Assembly (NCBI RefSeq): GCF_000406145.1
Contig: NZ_CM001976.1
Span: forward strand, 223,186 to 255,185
Direction: 5' to 3'
From: Dickeya dadantii NCPPB 898
GTDB lineage: Bacteria; Pseudomonadota; Gammaproteobacteria; Enterobacterales; Enterobacteriaceae
Length of the DNA: 32,000 bases
Part shown: positions 1 to 9,449 of the stretch, in pieces
How positions within the stretch are numbered: position 1 is the first letter of the stretch
Layout of the letters: each line of letters opens with the position of its first letter
Translations under genes and position numbers: made by a program
Notes under the pieces: model-generated
Seen by the model: only the letters and a program-made list of their open reading frames with translations
The model's database searches: none
Told to the model about the DNA's origin: nothing

Positions 1-452
1 GATGCCTTGCCCGCAGCCGGCCACAGCATCTCAACCAACTGCTCTGGATAGACTTGGTCCTGCGTGGCCAGCAGTTCATCGCGGCTCCACCAGTGGTGGT
101 CCCGCATCACTTCCCGTTCATGTGCTGTCCATGCGTCAGTGTGGATGGCGCTGTCTGCAACGTGGATGACAAAAAACCGTTCATCGGCAATCACGGTGTC
201 CCCGTTGGGCATCGCCATGTTAAAGGTTTGGGCAGCGAGGCAGGGGCCGGGGTCCTGGCGGCGGATGCCGGTTTCTTCCCACAGCTCCCGCAGCGCCGCT
301 TGCTCAAAGCTTTCTCCGCTTTCCACTGCGCCGCCCGGCGTGGCCCAATAACGTTTCCCGGCAAGGGCATCACGAGTATGGTGAAACAGGAATAGCAACA
401 CCCGTTGTTCAGGATTGAGGATCAGCAGGCGTGAGGCAGGTCGGCGTTTCAT
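1..452 (-). CDS. NUDIX hydrolase family protein (partial; 3' end lies beyond the window start)
   Basis: Absent from the ORF track because there is no stop in the window. My reverse-complement translation from the ATG at 452-450 gives MKRRPASRLLILNPEQRVLLFLFHHTRDALAGKRYWATPGGAVESGESFEQAALRELWEETGI..., with no in-frame stop through position 1. GAVESGESFEQAALRELWEETGI is a perfect Nudix box (Gx5Ex7REUxEExGU). Confidence 0.8.
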   Translation of the reverse strand, partial: MKRRPASRLLILNPEQRVLLFLFHHTRDALAGKRYWATPGGAVESGESFEQAALRELWEETGIRRQDPGPCLAAQTFNMAMPNGDTVIADERFFVIHVADSAIHTDAWTAHEREVMRDHHWWSRDELLATQDQVYPEQLVEMLWPAAGKA

Positions 453-555
453 AAGGTTTCCTGGCGTATATCTGGTCGTCAGTATTTTCCCCGTCATCTG
501 AAGTGATGTCCATGCCGGCAGGCGAAATCCGCATGATGGCGCGGTTGCCGGTGTA

Positions 556-599
556 TGTCGGGCAACTGTCGGGTTGCTGTCCGGTTACTGTCGTGGTGT
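556..599. repeat. Four phased 11-bp direct repeats: TGTCGGGCAAC / TGTCGGGTTGC / TGTCCGGTTAC / TGTCGTGGTGT
   Basis: Read directly. TGTC recurs at 556, 567, 578 and 589, an exact 11-bp register. It lies in the divergent NUDIX / HTH-2TM intergenic region and contains the inverted repeat GCAAC-N6-GTTGC. Confidence 0.7.
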
Positions 600-654
600 A
601 TTGGCGGGGGCTGGCGCAGGCTGTTAGCAGGGTTTAATACAACAGGAGTACATC

Positions 655-1125
655 ATGAATACGATCAAATCACAGCGTCTTGCCCGCGCCTGGTCTCAGG
701 AACAACTGGCTGAACTGTCTGCATTGAGCGTCAGAACCATCCAGCGGATCGAAAATGGGGAACGCGCCAGTCTGGAAACGCTCAGCGCCATTGCCGCCGC
801 GTTTGGCGTTAACGTGACGGCGCTGATGGAGGAAGACAGCGAGCAGGCGGTGAGCGGCGAATCGCTGGCGCAGCGTATTGAGCTGGCCAGAACGCAGGTC
901 GGGCAGGAGAGCCGTTTCTGGCGCAGCCTGCTGCTGTTTGTGCTGGTGAATGCGCTGTTGTTTGCCGTCAATCTGTTGGTCAACCCGCAAACGCACTGGT
1001 TCTTATGGCCGTTGTTGATTTGGGGCGGTGTGCTGGCGATTCGGGCGGCGCGGGTTTTCTGGCTGCGCGATCGCTGGTCGCGCTGGGAACAGGAGCGGTT
1101 GCAGAAAATTCTACGCAAGCCATAA
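655..1125 (+). CDS. XRE-family helix-turn-helix regulator fused to a C-terminal two-transmembrane (2TM-like) domain
   Basis: The N-terminus LARAWSQEQLAELSALSVRTIQRIENGERASLETLSAIAAAFG is a typical Cro/C1-type HTH. The C-terminus has two hydrophobic helices (SLLLFVLVNALLFAVNLLV and WFLWPLLIWGGVLAIRAARVF). A Shine-Dalgarno AGGAG lies 8 nt upstream of the ATG. Confidence 0.75.
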   Translation: MNTIKSQRLARAWSQEQLAELSALSVRTIQRIENGERASLETLSAIAAAFGVNVTALMEEDSEQAVSGESLAQRIELARTQVGQESRFWRSLLLFVLVNALLFAVNLLVNPQTHWFLWPLLIWGGVLAIRAARVFWLRDRWSRWEQERLQKILRKP

Positions 1126-1156
1126 ACCTGTCATCATTGAACGCTGTGCTTATGTT

Positions 1157-1208
1157 GGGAAACCGGAATTTATCGGGAAACCGGAAGTAAAGTGTCACGG
1201 TTTTCCCG
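1157..1208. repeat. Direct repeat GGGAAACCGGAA x2 (1157-1168, 1175-1186) plus an imperfect inverted copy CGGTTTTCCCG (1198-1208), upstream of fieF
   Basis: Read directly. The two copies are 18 bp apart. The second copy and the inverted copy can form a roughly 10-bp stem with one bulge. A TATACT -10-like hexamer lies at 1222-1227. Confidence 0.6.
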
Positions 1209-1254
1209 CGTCAGAATTCGGTATACTGGCCCCCTCGTTTGGATGGAATAGTGT

Positions 1255-2157
1255 ATGAATTCTCATTACGCACGTCTGGTGACGACAGCCGCTTTTTTGG
1301 CTACCGCCACGGCGTTATCGTTATTTGGTCTGAAGGTGTACGCCTGGTGGTACACCGGTTCAGTCAGTTTGCTGGCGTCGCTGGTTGATTCGCTGGTGGA
1401 TATCGCGGCGTCGCTGGTCAATCTGCTGGTGGTGCGGTATTCGTTGCAACCCGCCGATACGGAACATACGTTCGGGCATGGCAAAGCCGAGTCGCTGGCC
1501 GCGCTGGCGCAGAGCATGTTCATTTCTGGTTCGGCGCTATTTTTGTTATTGACCGGCGCCCAGCATCTGATTACCCCGCAGCCGTTGCAAGGGCCTGAAC
1601 TGGGGATGTGGATTACGATCATTGCGCTGGTGGCGACAGGGCTGCTGGTCAGTTTCCAGCGTTGGGTGATCCGTAAGACTCATAGTCAGGCGGTGCGGGC
1701 GGATATGCTGCATTACCAGTCGGACGTCCTGATGAATGGCGCGATTTTGCTGTCGCTGGCGTTGAGCTGGAAGGGAATTAATTGGGCCGATGCGGTGTTC
1801 GCGCTGGGGATCGGCGTCTATATTTTAGGCAGCGCGTTGCGAATGGCGTATGAGGCTATTCAGGCGCTGTTGGATCGAGCCTTGCCGGACGAGGAGCGGC
1901 AGGAAATCATCAATATTGTGTCCTCATGGCCGGGCGTAAGCGGCGCGCATCAGCTGCGGACTCGCCGTTCAGGCCCGACCCGCTTTATCCAACTGCATCT
2001 CGAAATGGCGGATAACCTGCCGCTGGTGGAATCACATCAGATTGCGGACGAACTGGAGCAGGCGTTGCTCAAGCGTTTTCCCGGTTCAGACGTTATCATT
2101 CATCAGGATCCCGTCTCGGTGGTGCCACAGGAACAGCGTGGTCGTTGGGTGCTTTAA
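1255..2157 (+). CDS. fieF: Cation diffusion facilitator family Fe(II)/Zn(II) efflux transporter FieF (YiiP)
   Basis: The 300-aa ORF is collinear with remembered E. coli FieF ([18 protein letters not shown]..., [57 protein letters not shown]). It sits upstream of pfkA as in E. coli. Confidence 0.9.
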   Translation: MNSHYARLVTTAAFLATATALSLFGLKVYAWWYTGSVSLLASLVDSLVDIAASLVNLLVVRYSLQPADTEHTFGHGKAESLAALAQSMFISGSALFLLLTGAQHLITPQPLQGPELGMWITIIALVATGLLVSFQRWVIRKTHSQAVRADMLHYQSDVLMNGAILLSLALSWKGINWADAVFALGIGVYILGSALRMAYEAIQALLDRALPDEERQEIINIVSSWPGVSGAHQLRTRRSGPTRFIQLHLEMADNLPLVESHQIADELEQALLKRFPGSDVIIHQDPVSVVPQEQRGRWVL

Positions 2158-2284
2158 GTCCACGGCGCATGACTGTGAGGTTGCGCCTTTCAGGGTGAGC
2201 GAACAGGCGGGAGAACACCGCCGATATCCGAAAGTGTTGTAAAAATGTGATATGCGATAGATCTTTATGGGGTATCAGGCCTGA

Positions 2285-2300
2285 CCTGAATCAATTCAGC
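2285..2300 (+). promoter_or_regulatory. Candidate Cra (FruR) operator overlapping the pfkA promoter
   Basis: CCTGAATCAATTCAGC matches the idealised Cra palindrome GCTGAATCGATTCAGC at 14 of 16 positions. It is centred about 20 bp upstream of the -10 element. pfkA is a known Cra-repressed gene in E. coli. Confidence 0.55.
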
Positions 2301-2310
2301 TGTGGGTATT

Positions 2311-2319
2311 TGTTATAAT
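2311..2319 (+). promoter_or_regulatory. Candidate extended -10 element (TGtTATAAT) of the pfkA promoter
   Basis: A perfect TATAAT at 2314-2319 is preceded by TGT, about 85 nt upstream of the pfkA ATG. Confidence 0.5.
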
Positions 2320-2403
2320 ATGCTGATAAACGGTTAGGCTTTGTCCTGTGAGCCTTGAGATAGAAGAATCTGCGAATTTACATCTACAAATCCAGAGGTT
2401 GTC

Positions 2404-3366
2404 ATGATTAAAAAAATCGGAGTACTGACGAGCGGTGGCGATGCGCCGGGAATGAATGCGGCCATTCGTGGCGTGGTGCGAGCAGGGTTAGCGGAAAACC
2501 TGGACGTATACGGCATCTATGATGGCTATCTGGGTTTGTACGAAGATCGCATGGTGCAGTTGGACCGCTATAGCGTGTCGGACGTGATCAACCGCGGCGG
2601 CACGTTCCTCGGGTCCGCCCGTTTTCCGGCGTTCCGCGAAGAAGCGGTGCGTCAGGTGTGCGTGGAAAACATGAAAAAACGTGGCCTGGACGCGCTGGTG
2701 GTGATCGGCGGCGACGGTTCCTACATGGGGGCCAAACGCCTGACGGAAATGGGTTTCCCCTGCATCGGCCTGCCGGGCACCATTGATAACGACGTTGCCG
2801 GCACCGACTACACCATCGGTTATTTCACCGCGCTGGAAACCGTGGTGGAAGCGATTGACCGCCTGCGTGACACCTCGTCTTCGCACCAGCGCATTTCCAT
2901 CGTGGAAGTGATGGGCCGCCATTGCGGCGATCTGACGCTGGCGGCGGCGATTGCCGGCGGCTGTGAATTCATCGTCTTGCCGGAAGTGGATTTCAAACCG
3001 GAAGATTTGGTTGAAGAGATCAAAGCCGGCATCGCCAAAGGTAAAAAGCACGCCATCGTGGCGATTACCGAACTGGTGTGCGATGTGGACGAACTGGCGC
3101 GCTACATTGAACAGGAAACCGAACGCGAAACCCGCGCCACCGTACTGGGCCACATCCAGCGCGGCGGATCGCCGGTGGCGTACGACCGTATCCTCGCCTC
3201 CCGCATGGGCGCGTACTCCATCGAACTGCTGCAACAGGGCTACGGTGGCCGCTGCGTCGGGATCCAGAATGAAAAACTGGTCCATCATGATATTATCGAC
3301 GCCATCGAGAACATGAAGCGCCCGTTCAAAGGCGATTGGCTCAACACCGCCAAGAAGCTGTTCTGA
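2404..3366 (+). CDS. pfkA: ATP-dependent 6-phosphofructokinase I
   Basis: 320-aa [38 protein letters not shown] and PGTIDND are near-identical to E. coli PfkA. Confidence 0.97.
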   Translation: MIKKIGVLTSGGDAPGMNAAIRGVVRAGLAENLDVYGIYDGYLGLYEDRMVQLDRYSVSDVINRGGTFLGSARFPAFREEAVRQVCVENMKKRGLDALVVIGGDGSYMGAKRLTEMGFPCIGLPGTIDNDVAGTDYTIGYFTALETVVEAIDRLRDTSSSHQRISIVEVMGRHCGDLTLAAAIAGGCEFIVLPEVDFKPEDLVEEIKAGIAKGKKHAIVAITELVCDVDELARYIEQETERETRATVLGHIQRGGSPVAYDRILASRMGAYSIELLQQGYGGRCVGIQNEKLVHHDIIDAIENMKRPFKGDWLNTAKKLF

Positions 3367-3398
3367 TGTGTGCCCGGCGACGGCCGGGACGAAAAAGC

Positions 3399-3430
3399 AA
3401 ATCCCGCTCTTCAGGGCGGGATTTCTTATT
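3399..3430 (+). terminator. Rho-independent terminator of pfkA
   Basis: Stem AAATCCCGC (3399-3407) pairs with GCGGGATTT (3416-3424) and is followed by CTTATT. An additional small hairpin CCCGGC/GCCGGG lies at 3373-3388. Confidence 0.7.
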
Positions 3431-3682
3431 GGGAAACAGCAAACGGCCAAACCATTGGCGAACGATACGCGTGCCGGCGGTCGGTGACGGGCTGAACCGT
3501 GCATCCTCACCGTCATGATTCGCTGGCATAATGGCGCCGCCGCAGTGCCGCGTCACGCATAACGGCGTTCGCCGGGCGCCGGGTGAGTTGTTGACCTAAA
3601 CTTTTTACCAGACTCTTGCTATTACCCACACCGCTGGTGGCGCAGGCATGAGCACCCATACAGAAATTATTGAGGTTTTCGC

Positions 3683-4567
3683 ATGACAAAAGTTACCGTT
3701 GCCGCCACGCAGATGGCCTGCACCTGGGATTTGCCAAAAAATATCGAAAACGCCGAAAGGCTGGTGCGTCAGGCGCATGCTCAGGGGGCACAAATCATTC
3801 TGATTCAGGAACTGTTTGCCGCGCCTTATTTCTGCATCGACCAGAGCCCGGAGCATTATGCGCTGGCGCAGGAGCTGGCAACCAGCCCGTTAATCAAACA
3901 CTTCTCCGCGCTGGCGGCCGAGCTGGAAGTGGTGCTGCCGCTGAGCCTCTTCGAGCGCGCCAATAACGCCTACTACAATTCGCTGGTGATGATCGACGCC
4001 GACGGCAGCGTGCTGGATGTGTATCGCAAAACCCATATTCCGAACGGCCCGGCCTATCAGGAAAAACAGTTCTTTATTCCGGGCGACACCGGTTTCAAAG
4101 TGTGGCAGACCCGCTACGCCAAAATAGGCGTGGGCATCTGCTGGGATCAATGGTTCCCGGAAACCGCCCGTTGCCTGGCGCTCAAAGGCGCTGAGCTGAT
4201 TTTCTACCCGACCGCCATCGGTTCCGAACCGGCGTACCCGGACATCGACAGCCAGCCGCACTGGACCCGCGTACAGCAGGGCCATGCCGCCGCCAACCTG
4301 GTTCCGGTGATCGCCTCCAACCGTATCGGTACCGAAGCCAGCAAATACATCGACGGTCTGGAAATGACCTTCTACGGCTCGTCGTTCATCGCCGATCAAA
4401 CCGGTGCGCTGGTGGCGCAGGCCAACAAGACGGATGAAGCGGTGCTGGTGCACGAGTTCGATCTGGATGCCATTGCCGCGCAGCGCGCTTCCTGGGGACT
4501 GTTCCGCGATCGCCGTCCGGACATGTACGGCGTAATCGGCACGTCTGACGGCAAGACCTGGAGATAA
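3683..4567 (+). CDS. aguB: N-carbamoylputrescine amidohydrolase (carbon-nitrogen hydrolase family)
   Basis: 294-aa ORF with CN-hydrolase Glu/Lys/Cys triad contexts (ILIQELF, YRKTHIP, GVGICWDQWFPE). It is immediately followed by an agmatine deiminase gene. Confidence 0.85.
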   Translation: MTKVTVAATQMACTWDLPKNIENAERLVRQAHAQGAQIILIQELFAAPYFCIDQSPEHYALAQELATSPLIKHFSALAAELEVVLPLSLFERANNAYYNSLVMIDADGSVLDVYRKTHIPNGPAYQEKQFFIPGDTGFKVWQTRYAKIGVGICWDQWFPETARCLALKGAELIFYPTAIGSEPAYPDIDSQPHWTRVQQGHAAANLVPVIASNRIGTEASKYIDGLEMTFYGSSFIADQTGALVAQANKTDEAVLVHEFDLDAIAAQRASWGLFRDRRPDMYGVIGTSDGKTWR

Positions 4568-4570
4568 GTG

Positions 4571-5671
4571 ATGTCTGAACTGACCACGCCGTTGCAGGAC
4601 GGTTTCTCCATGCCGGCGGAATGGGCGCCGCACGACGCCGTGTGGATGTTGTGGCCGTATCGCCGCGACAACTGGCGTTCGCAAGGGGATGCCATTCCGG
4701 CTCAGCGAACCTTTGCCGCCGTCGCCGCCGCTATTGCGCAGACCACGCCGGTTATCATGGGCGTGCCGCGCGACCAGATGGCGCTGGCCAAAAGCGTCAT
4801 GCCGGCCGGCGTCACGCTGGTGGAGATGGAAAGCGACGACGCCTGGATGCGCGACACCGGGCCAACCGTGGTGCTGAACGACGCCGGCGAGCGCCGTGGC
4901 GTCGACTGGCAGTTCAACGCCTGGGGCGGCGCCTTGGGCGGGCTGTACGAAGACTGGCGTCGTGACGAAAAGGTCGCGGCGCAGGTGCTGGCGTATCACG
5001 GCGATGCGCGTTACGCCGCCCCGCTGATTCTGGAAGGCGGCTCCATCCACACCGATGGCGAAGGCACGTTGCTGACCACCGCCGAATGCCTGCTGAACCC
5101 GAACCGCAATCCGCACCTGAACAAGGCGCAGATTGAACAGCTGCTGCGGGATTATCTCGGCGTCTCCGCCTTTATCTGGCTGGAAGAGGGCGTGTATAAC
5201 GACGAAACCGACGGTCACATCGACAACATGTGCTGTTTTGTGCGCCCCGGCGAAGTGGCGCTGCATTGGACCGACGATGAAACCGACCCGCAGTACGCCC
5301 GCTCTCAGGCGGCGTATCAGGTGCTGTCGCAGGCGAAAGATGCGCAAGGCCGGTCGCTGAAAATCTGGAAACTGCCGGCGCCTGGCCCGCTGTACGCCAC
5401 GCCGGAAGAGGCGGCAGGGGTGACCGACGGTAACGCCATTGAACGTAACGCCGGGTCGCGGCTGGCGGGGTCGTACGTCAATTTCCTGATCAGCAACCAG
5501 CAGATCATTTACCCGCTGCTGGATGAACGCACCGACGCCGAGGCCCATGCGCTGTTGCAACAGATGTTCCCAGGCTATCTGGTAAGCGGCGTGCCAGCCC
5601 GCGAGATCCTGCTGGGCGGCGGCAACATCCACTGCATCACGCAGCAAATTCCGGCGGCGAAATCGGTGTAA
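4571..5671 (+). CDS. aguA: Agmatine deiminase
   Basis: The ORF carries [29 protein letters not shown] and the C-terminal catalytic-Cys motif [11 protein letters not shown]. The track starts at GTG 4568, but the ATG at 4571 is more likely. The aguB stop TAA (4565-4567) abuts this start, suggesting translational coupling. Confidence 0.85.
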   Translation: MSELTTPLQDGFSMPAEWAPHDAVWMLWPYRRDNWRSQGDAIPAQRTFAAVAAAIAQTTPVIMGVPRDQMALAKSVMPAGVTLVEMESDDAWMRDTGPTVVLNDAGERRGVDWQFNAWGGALGGLYEDWRRDEKVAAQVLAYHGDARYAAPLILEGGSIHTDGEGTLLTTAECLLNPNRNPHLNKAQIEQLLRDYLGVSAFIWLEEGVYNDETDGHIDNMCCFVRPGEVALHWTDDETDPQYARSQAAYQVLSQAKDAQGRSLKIWKLPAPGPLYATPEEAAGVTDGNAIERNAGSRLAGSYVNFLISNQQIIYPLLDERTDAEAHALLQQMFPGYLVSGVPAREILLGGGNIHCITQQIPAAKSV

Positions 5672-5696
5672 TGTAACACGTTGTTATTTATCAGAT

Positions 5697-5726
5697 AAAA
5701 AGGCAGGTTTCGTACCTGCCTTTTTT
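5697..5726. terminator. Bidirectional rho-independent terminator between convergent aguA and phoA
   Basis: AAAAAGGCAGGT-ttcgt-ACCTGCCTTTTTT: a perfect stem flanked by an A-run on the left and a T-run on the right. Confidence 0.85.
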
Positions 5727-5765
5727 ATGATTGCGGATCGACGGATACGCTGTCGAATGTCGGGA

Positions 5766-7205
5766 TTATTTCAGTCCCATCGCGTTTTTCATGGTGTAGA
5801 ACAGGTCGGTCTGGTCGGTCAGACCCACCACGTTGGCGGCGTGCGGACCGTAGGCGGCGATGCGCAGCTGGGTGCCGGTATGGCCCTGCGACTCTTCTTC
5901 CGAGTTGCCGTAGCTGATGGTCATCACTGCGTCATCTTTGGTGTTCAGCGCCTGCGTCAGGCCCGGTGCTTTGGAGCCGTTTTCGACGATCTGGCTGGAG
6001 TGGGCGTGGTCGGCGGTGACGATCACCAGCGTGTTACCGTCGCGGCGGGCGAATTCCAATGCTTTCTGCACCGCTTCGTCCAGATCCACCGTTTCACCGA
6101 ACTGACCGCACGGGTTGGCGGCGTGGTCCTGCTTGTCGATAGACGCGCCTTCCACCTGCAGGAAGAAACCGTTTTTGTTCTTGCTCAACAGCTGGATGGC
6201 TTTATCGGTCATCTGCGCCAGTGTCGGTACGCTGGCGCCGCGTTGGGCGTTGGGTTCACAGGTTACTACTGGTTTATCGAGGTTGCCGTGGTAGCTGGCT
6301 TTCGGCCCCTGCCAGCGCACCGGCATGTTGCCGTCGGCGAACAGGCCCAGCACTGGCTTGCTCTGGCTGGCGGCGGTAACGGCATTCATGCCGTCCAGAT
6401 CGGTTACGAGGTGGTAGCCCAGCGCGTCCGCCTGTTCTTTCAGGCTCTTACCCTGATATTTACCGGCTTTGGCGATTTCTTTGAAGGTGGCTGCGCCGCC
6501 GCCCAGCGTGACATCGGCGCGGGTAACCAGCAACTGTTCGGCGATGGAGCCGCGACCGCCGTTTTCCAGCGCGTTGGTCGGGCACTGCTGGCTGGTTTTT
6601 TCCGGGCCGTAGCATTTGCGCGATGTCACGTGAGACACCATCGCCGCCGGCGTGGCGTCTTCCAGTTCGGCGGTGGAGACGTTACCGGTGGCTTTGCCCG
6701 CCGCTTTGGCGATTTCAATCAGCGTCTTATGGTCTTTGCCGTCCACGTCCACGCCCAGCGCGCCGTTGTAGGTTTTGACGCCGCTGGACCAGGCGGTGGC
6801 CGATGCGGCGGAGTCGGTGACGTAGTCCGGTTTGCGGGTTTTTTTGTCCAGCGAGTAATGGGTGTACTGACCGGTCAGCGGCAAGGCGTCGATGCCTTTG
6901 AAGAAGCCGCCCGCGCCCAGCGCGTAGTTACGTGCGGCGGTGATTTCCGAGTCGCCCATGCCGTCGCCAATCAGCAGAATCACGTTTTTGGCGGTTTTCG
7001 CGTTGAGCGAGGCTTTCAGCATCTCGGTCTGATCGGCGCTCAGGCGACGCGCGCCGCCGGGCTGAGTGATGTCGCCCTGAGCCTGACGGTGGTAATCGGC
7101 GCTGGCGGCCAGTGCGCTGCCGGCGATAAGCGTCATCATCAGAGAAGAGAGCAGGGGTTTGCAGATCAGAGTCTTGCGGATCAAAGCCTTACGGGTCATG
7201 GTCAT
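5766..7205 (-). CDS. phoA: Periplasmic alkaline phosphatase
   Basis: The 479-aa ORF is collinear with remembered E. coli PhoA ([29 protein letters not shown] with the nucleophile Ser, [24 protein letters not shown]). It has an N-terminal Sec-type signal peptide ending in ALAAS. Confidence 0.92.
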   Translation of the reverse strand: MTMTRKALIRKTLICKPLLSSLMMTLIAGSALAASADYHRQAQGDITQPGGARRLSADQTEMLKASLNAKTAKNVILLIGDGMGDSEITAARNYALGAGGFFKGIDALPLTGQYTHYSLDKKTRKPDYVTDSAASATAWSSGVKTYNGALGVDVDGKDHKTLIEIAKAAGKATGNVSTAELEDATPAAMVSHVTSRKCYGPEKTSQQCPTNALENGGRGSIAEQLLVTRADVTLGGGAATFKEIAKAGKYQGKSLKEQADALGYHLVTDLDGMNAVTAASQSKPVLGLFADGNMPVRWQGPKASYHGNLDKPVVTCEPNAQRGASVPTLAQMTDKAIQLLSKNKNGFFLQVEGASIDKQDHAANPCGQFGETVDLDEAVQKALEFARRDGNTLVIVTADHAHSSQIVENGSKAPGLTQALNTKDDAVMTISYGNSEEESQGHTGTQLRIAAYGPHAANVVGLTDQTDLFYTMKNAMGLK

Positions 7206-7252
7206 TCACTCGCGGTTAAATTAAGTAACAAATAAACATGTGCGGTAAAACC

Positions 7253-7271
7253 TAGACAGAGAAAATGACAG
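7253..7271 (-). promoter_or_regulatory. Candidate Pho box upstream of phoA
   Basis: The minus strand reads CTGTCATtttctCTGTCTA, two PhoB-type heptamers about 50-65 bp upstream of the ATG. The repeat register is 12 bp rather than the canonical 11 bp, so confidence is low. Confidence 0.35.
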
Positions 7272-7306
7272 AATGATGAACGTGGCGGGAATGGGTGAAA
7301 AAAGAC

Positions 7307-7336
7307 ATAAAAAAACGGCTCCAGACGGGAGCCGTT
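7307..7336 (-). terminator. Rho-independent terminator of tpiA
   Basis: The minus strand reads AACGGCTCC-cgtct-GGAGCCGTT followed by TTTTTTTAT, about 20 nt after the tpiA stop. Confidence 0.85.
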
Positions 7337-7357
7337 GTGCGGTATCAGCGGGGCTGA

Positions 7358-8158
<801 letters not shown>

Positions 8159-8269
8159 TCAATACATGGCTGCGTCAGGCAGCCAATCTGACGATGATAC
8201 AGAACTGACGATAGTATAGAGTCGAAATGGCACGGTGGCTCTGTTTTTCGTGCCTAATTCTCGATGTGA

Positions 8270-8866
8270 TCACGAATCAGATAGCGCTAGCTTAATCGGT
8301 TCAACAGCGAAAGTTAGCCCCTTTTCGCCGTGATCCGCCACGACGTAGCGCAGCGCTCCCTCCGTTTGCTGGTAAAAGCGCTGACCTTTGCCTTTTTCCA
8401 GCAGCATTTCGATCTTTTTCAGGCTTTGCTCGTTGGTTAACGACGGCATAAAAGTGCGCACCAGCGCCGCCATGTAGCCGATAGCCTGCTTGCGTCGCCC
8501 GCTTTGGTCGGTGTCTTTCGGTTTGGGCAGCCAGGTAATCTGCATGGTTTTTATCTTGCCGGTGCCTTTTTCCAGCGCGGTGGAAGAATACAGGTGATCG
8601 TTGATGCGGCTGGCGGCGCGCGTCAGGTTGGGCGAGTCATCGCCGGTATCGATCACCCGGTATTCGTTAATCGGCAACGATGGGTTGCTCAGGTTATAGC
8701 GGGTGCGAAACTGTATGATGTTCATATCGAACGTGGGAGAGCCTGACAGCAGATAGGGCGCGGCGGTCGGGGGTTTTTGCTGGAACAGGCCGTCACTCCG
8801 GGCAAACGGGGTACAGAGTAGGCCGGCAGACAGGCAACAAACAATCAACAGGGCATTTTTCATCAT
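8270..8866 (-). CDS. yiiQ: DUF1454 family periplasmic protein YiiQ
   Basis: Collinear with remembered E. coli YiiQ (APYLL.G.PTFD..I.QFR..., NLTRAAS.IN..LY.STALE.G, GALRYVVAD.GEKGLTFAVEPIKLALS). It has conserved synteny next to tpiA. I prefer the MMKNALL start (8866 or 8863), which gives a signal peptide, over the track start at 8899. Confidence 0.85.
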   Translation of the reverse strand: MMKNALLIVCCLSAGLLCTPFARSDGLFQQKPPTAAPYLLSGSPTFDMNIIQFRTRYNLSNPSLPINEYRVIDTGDDSPNLTRAASRINDHLYSSTALEKGTGKIKTMQITWLPKPKDTDQSGRRKQAIGYMAALVRTFMPSLTNEQSLKKIEMLLEKGKGQRFYQQTEGALRYVVADHGEKGLTFAVEPIKLALSDS

Positions 8867-9010
8867 CAATTCATTAGTATCGTCACTTATCGTTGGCATG
8901 CTGTGTGATTAAAACGGGATTCGGGATCGATTGTCAAAACGTGCGGTAAAAAAGGCCGCCTGACTTAAGGTAAACTCATGCCGTAGAACCGCATTCGGGG
9001 ATGGAAGGTG

Positions 9011-9436
9011 ATGACGATACAACAATGGTGTTTTTCGTTTCGCGGCCGCGTTGGCCGCCGGGATTTCTGGTTAGGAATGGCGATCGTGCTGGCGCTGATG
9101 GTGGGGTTGTTCATGTTGGCCGGGACCGGCTGGCTGGAAACCCAGAACGCGGCGTTCGTGCTGGTGGTGTTGATGTGGCCGCTGGCGGCGATACTGGTCA
9201 AACGGCTGCATGACCGCAACAAAAGCGGCTGGTGGGCATTACTGCTGGTGGTGGCCTGGATGCTGGGCAACGGCAACTGGGCGATGCTGCCGCCGCTCGG
9301 TCAGTGGGGGCTGGGGCGTTTTCTGCCGACGTTGATTGCCGTGATGATGCTGCTGGATTGCGGCGCGTTTGTCGGTACGAGTGGCGCGAACCGTTTCGGA
9401 CCGGCAGCGGAGCCGTTGCGGCTCCGCGCTTCCTGA
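9011..9436 (+). CDS. yiiR: DUF805 family inner-membrane protein YiiR
   Basis: It has a GRVGRRDFW N-terminus, several TM segments and the DUF805 hallmark KRLHDRNKSGWW. Its position is syntenic between yiiQ and fpr. The ATG at 9011 (SD GGAAGG) is preferred over the GTG at 9008. Confidence 0.8.
   Translation: MTIQQWCFSFRGRVGRRDFWLGMAIVLALMVGLFMLAGTGWLETQNAAFVLVVLMWPLAAILVKRLHDRNKSGWWALLLVVAWMLGNGNWAMLPPLGQWGLGRFLPTLIAVMMLLDCGAFVGTSGANRFGPAAEPLRLRAS
9407..9427. terminator. GC-rich hairpin inside the last codons of yiiR; candidate terminator for the convergent yiiR/fpr pair
   Basis: GCGGAGCCG-ttg-CGGCTCCGC forms a 9-bp perfect stem followed by GCTTCCTGA. Only 13 bp separate the yiiR and fpr stop codons. 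The U-tract is weak. Confidence 0.35.
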
Positions 9437-9449
9437 ATCTCGTCCGTGG

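Noticed and set aside
3890-5647. 585-aa ORF on the minus strand spanning aguB and aguA
   Set aside because: It is antisense to two genes with clear family motifs. The predicted protein is Arg/Gly/His/Val-rich low-information sequence with no recognisable domain or RBS. It is a typical mirror-frame ORF in high-GC coding DNA.
5727-7235. 502-aa ORF on the plus strand opposite phoA
   Set aside because: PhoA on the minus strand is collinear with E. coli PhoA over its full length. The plus-strand product is Gly/Val/Arg/Ala-rich with no motifs, so it is a mirror-frame artefact.
8188-8212. CTGACGAT direct repeat (8188-8195 and 8205-8212) upstream of tpiA next to a TATACT -10-like hexamer
   Set aside because: It is only an 8-mer repeated once with 17-bp spacing, which is plausible by chance. 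No matching regulator consensus is known to me.
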